Shown here piece after piece: positions 60,301-64,000 of a stretch of DNA of 64,000 nt. Position 1 is the first letter of the stretch, and each line of letters starts with the position of its first letter. The stretch comes from Eledone cirrhosa (taxonomy: Eukaryota). The stretch is from NCBI GenBank assembly GCA_964016885.1, contig OZ024741.1, positions 355,198,001-355,262,000 of the forward strand, written 5' to 3'. The position numbers were made by a program, and so were the translations under genes. The notes below the pieces were generated by a model. It saw nothing but the letters and a program-made list of their open reading frames with translations, was not told the DNA's origin and made no database searches.

Positions 60301-63300
60301 GGTGAGGGAGGATAGGTGGAAACAAGTTAGCACCTCTCGTGCGTGCCGAAGTTGGTGGAGAATGAGAGGTCGAAGGTTGACCTACTGTCACATAGTCGTC
60401 CCACCAAGCAAATCTCTTGATCGTTCGACGCATGCCTCCGCCACCTAGAGTGGATTAGGTTAAAGTGGTGGCAACTTTATTAATCAGCAATCGCCGGTGA
60501 TAGATCGGTCAAAACATCAAGTCACTAATGGGACAAGTGATGACATACATGGGCTGTGCATGAGGATGAAGTTAGGGTTAAGCGGAGGGAAGAATAGAAA
60601 GTGGAGAGGGGGAGGATTATAAATGCATGGAGATGAATGTGGTCATGTGAAAGGCAGGTAAATACAGTGGAAGAGAAAAGCAATGAACATGCAAAGAGAC
60701 GGAAAAAACATGAGAAGTAAAAATTCAAAGCTGTGAGTTTGTGTAATATTTCACAAGGGTAAATCCGCAGTAACTTCGAAGTGACAGTAAAAAAAAAAAA
60801 AAAAATCAAACAAAACAAGATACATACTATAGAAGATGCATAAAAGATTTTTAAGGAGAGACAATAGAGATGTTGTTTAACTTAAGTCAGCTTTGGTTGA
60901 ACTTGTAACAGATAAGTTGTATTCTTTTGATGGTGGTTTTGACGAAAAGAATAATGCCATGATTGAGTTGTTAACAATGTTTATTTTATAATAACAATAT
61001 TCGATGTGAACACTGAGTAATAAAATTTATGACATGAAAATATCCGTACATTGAATTATTAGCTGCTACGAGCTAACGTGAATCCATGTATCAGAGAAGA
61101 CGATATAGAATATACGTTATGTTGTGCCTTGCAGATACAATATTACACGAAGAATAGGATGAGAGTATAATGTAACAATATGAACTTACTATGTGTGTGT
61201 ATGTGCCTATTCTTAGAATATCTTATTTTCATAGTAGTAGTGGTTAATCTGTCCGGCAGGCATAGCTAGCTGTCTGGCTGTTTCGGTGGCCGTGGAGGTA
61301 AGCTAGTAAGGGCTAGGAGAAAGATAGAGTGAAAGGTCTACTGATGCTACATCGTTATCTTGTTGACTGCCACTTCGCGTCTGACCCTTTGATTCCTTAA
61401 CTCCTTGTATTTATAATAAGTGCTAAAGCTAGAAGGATGGATATATGAGGTTGATTTATCATCAGCTTTGTGGTTATCATCTCCCAAGAGGTTGGGTCAC
61501 ATCGTTGTCTTGACAAGACACTGTTGAGAACTTCCAACGATAGATTGTCCCAGAGGCGAGAAAGCTCAGATTCGGTTTCGAATCTTCACCGGTAAAACAT
61601 AGGAGTATTCCATTTTAAACTAACCCATGGTTAAAGGTGGTCGAGCCTTGACCATCATCCAGTCTGTAGTAAGCAATGGCACTACCTTATCGCAGCGGAA
61701 CAATTGGGTTGCGCTTGGTCAGTCGCCAGGCCTGTAAGTCAGCAGCGTAGCAATACCAAGCAGTGTCTTCTACCCAGCAAGCAAATTCGCGTCTCTTTTC
61801 ATTTCTAAACAGTTGCAACTTCATTTTCTTAGAGACAAGATGTTACTAATGGCGTTCCCTGAAGCAATTGGCAAGATGTAGAACTTACCAAGAAACTTTG
61901 GCCCTGCAGCAGAGGCCCAACAACTAGTTCAACTTAATCGTGCGACATGCCAGCAGCTTTTTACTCTTTTGGTAATTGTAATAATTTACAGAGAAAATAA
62001 AACCTTGTTATATTTCCTCGCTGTGCTTTCTGGTCTGATCCTTTCCTCACGAAGAAACCTAAACATGCAGCCTTATAACCTAATCTTCTTTAAGGATCCT
62101 TCTCACAACCAAAAATCTTATATTTCTGCTAAAAGTCTTTTTGTGAATCGGACTACATTACCCAAGCTATTCGCGTGTTTAATCAAGGTGGGAAGGACGG
62201 TGTCTGTGTTGCCTTTTCGGGGCCACTGAGACTGGTGGGAGGGAGGAAAGTATTTTGACTAGAGACTTGGTCCAAATACTTGCAGAAGTGGACTCCGTTA
62301 AAGGCATCTGAGAACTGGGTGGTGGTATTTATTTTAAAGTACCGCCCAGGATTGGTACTTTATTTTATCGACCTCAATGGTTACCGATCAAGATTATACT
62401 GAAAAAAAAGGATGAGGAAAATCATGCCACTTTTCCCTCCTTACGGACAACTGACGCTGCACAGCAGGTCCGGACACGGAAGAGCCGAACTCCTGCTGTC
62501 ATCGCCTCCACCTCTCTCGCCTTTAAAAGACGAAAAGCAAAGTTGACCTCGGCTGGATTTGAACTCAGAGAGCAAAGAGCCGGAACGAATATTGCAATAC
62601 TTTTGTCCTACGTTCTAATGGCTCTACTATTTCATGTATAACGCCACTCTCCCACCACCTCTGGTCAATCTTGACCAAGCAGACTTATAATTAAAGGCAA
62701 ACATTTAGTCTCTCCCCATACATTATCTTGTATGTCCTTCTTTTTAAAGGCGTTAAGGTTTGAATAAAGGGAGATTCGGTTGTTATTTCTAGCTGGTCGA
62801 GCAACCACTTAGAGGCTTCCCACTTTGGCTAGGTGTACATTATCTAATGCGTCCTTTTTTATTTAGAATGGGAGAGTGTAGTTTCAGTGAGGTTTAAGTT
62901 TCTATTTCGAAGACCTCGTAGGCTCGATGAAATCGAAGAAGCTAAGTGCACAGAAGGAGTGAGAGGGGCTTAGTGAGAATGAGATAGAAAGAGATAGTGA
63001 GCTAGAAGGAGTTAAAGTCAGAGCAAGTAAACAAGAGAAAGGGGTTGGTGAAAGAGTCATAGAATAAAGAAAAACCACTGAGACAAGATGGAGTCGTCAT
63101 GAGTGAACATGTGTCGTCGCTGCATTAAGATGGTGCAGTTGACACTCCCTCTCGACCCGACTGGGAGGATCATTTACAGGAGGAAAACAGAACATTTACT
63201 GGAGAGGTGATTGAAACTTCTCTATAGCCGCAAGTTTATTTTTTGTGCGTACACGCATGAGTGGATATATGTCTACATACATTCAATGACACCCTTTCTC

Positions 63301-64000
63301 TCTTTCTCTTTTTGTCTCCCTACCACACACACACATATAAATTTATATATATATATATATATATACATACACACACACCATCCGAAACAGAGTGACCGTC
63401 CTTTGGGATTTTACCAATTACTATATACATACACATATGTGTGTGCTTTTCTAAATATATATATATATGTAAATACATAAGCATAGGTTAAAATAGAAAA
63501 TAGTGGTCGAAAATTCAGCAACGCCATTCGGCGTCATTCGGCTGTTTTCGGGGTGCGACGATTTTTTGTTTTTTGGGGCCTTTCAAAATCTAAACAAACA
63601 TTTTTTAGACGAGCTGGATATGGACATTTGAAGGAAAAGGGTAGAAAAAAATCAATAAAATGTGCACTGAAAAAAAGAAAGAAAGAAAATACATTTATAA
63701 ATATTGTGAATGAAATATGTAAGTCTATTTCTCCAGATTGTCGGAGTGGTCAAAACGTCTTTAATGTTTATTTTTTTCTGCGGAAGAAGTATTTTATTTA
63801 CGACTCATAACAGTATATCGTTTTTGTCGATGCTGCTGACAATCCACTGTTGTTTTAAAGATTCCGCTATCTTCTGAGCTTTTCTCTATTTGCGCTTAAG
63901 TGGTTAAAACTAAAATGTCCCGTATAGATTCCTTTAGTGAACGACGGGTGTATACGTTAAAAATATTAAAATGTAACACATAATGACCACCCGCCTCCCA

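Larger units (their letters stand above)
56825..60815 (-). mobile_element. Near-full-length degenerate CRE-clade non-LTR retrotransposon: PHD finger - RT - zinc knuckle - RLE
   Basis: IPKGAQ, LKEKHP, GIDGLRLQHLKD, DLRPIAVGCTLRHL, LKLDLKNTFNSVSR, QQGNP, VWYLDN, LHGLSC..HH, KRPDGLTL..LVWDVTVSD. AATAAA near the 3' end. Many frameshifts; 5' boundary approximate. Confidence 0.88.

Noticed and set aside
56800-60860. Target-site duplication of the long CRE element
   Set aside because: Only a weak AT-rich similarity between the flanks, which could be chance.
63480-64000. DNA-transposon end near the window edge
   Set aside because: A CpG-containing segment with a short direct repeat (cattcggc x2), but no partner terminus or ORF inside the window.

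Overview
AT-rich, repeat-dense eukaryotic DNA. The microsatellite load and the SINE/LINE families suggest a coleoid cephalopod, probably Octopus (inference, not proven). One protein-coding gene is well supported: a UPF0669/C6orf120 homolog on the minus strand with a single coding exon (37718-38329). Candidate non-coding leader exons lie at 43725-43840, 48686-48730 and about 52155-52230, and a further candidate exon lies downstream at 35210. A CpG-richer region at about 8.9-12.7 kb has minus-strand splice donors and is probably the 5' end of a second gene that runs off the left edge. Most of the rest is decayed mobile DNA: several RTE-clade LINEs, CR1-type 3' ends, an L1/Tx1-like ORF1 fragment, three LINEs with restriction-like endonucleases (two CRE, one Hero), tRNA-derived SINEs, and hAT, Tigger and piggyBac-like MITEs. 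The most notable observations are: (1) a roughly 4-kb CRE element with an N-terminal PHD finger hidden by a frameshift, plus an internal RT duplication that shares its inactivating lesions; (2) a tail-to-tail SINE pair whose tails match RTE LINE 3' ends in this window; (3) intronic hairpins whose G-U pairs favour the host-gene strand, one ending in ACA-NNN; (4) a 48-bp-arm fold-back; (5) a perfect 2x42-bp higher-order minisatellite. No CRISPR array, rRNA or true tRNA gene is supported. All family assignments come from motif recognition by eye, without database searches.
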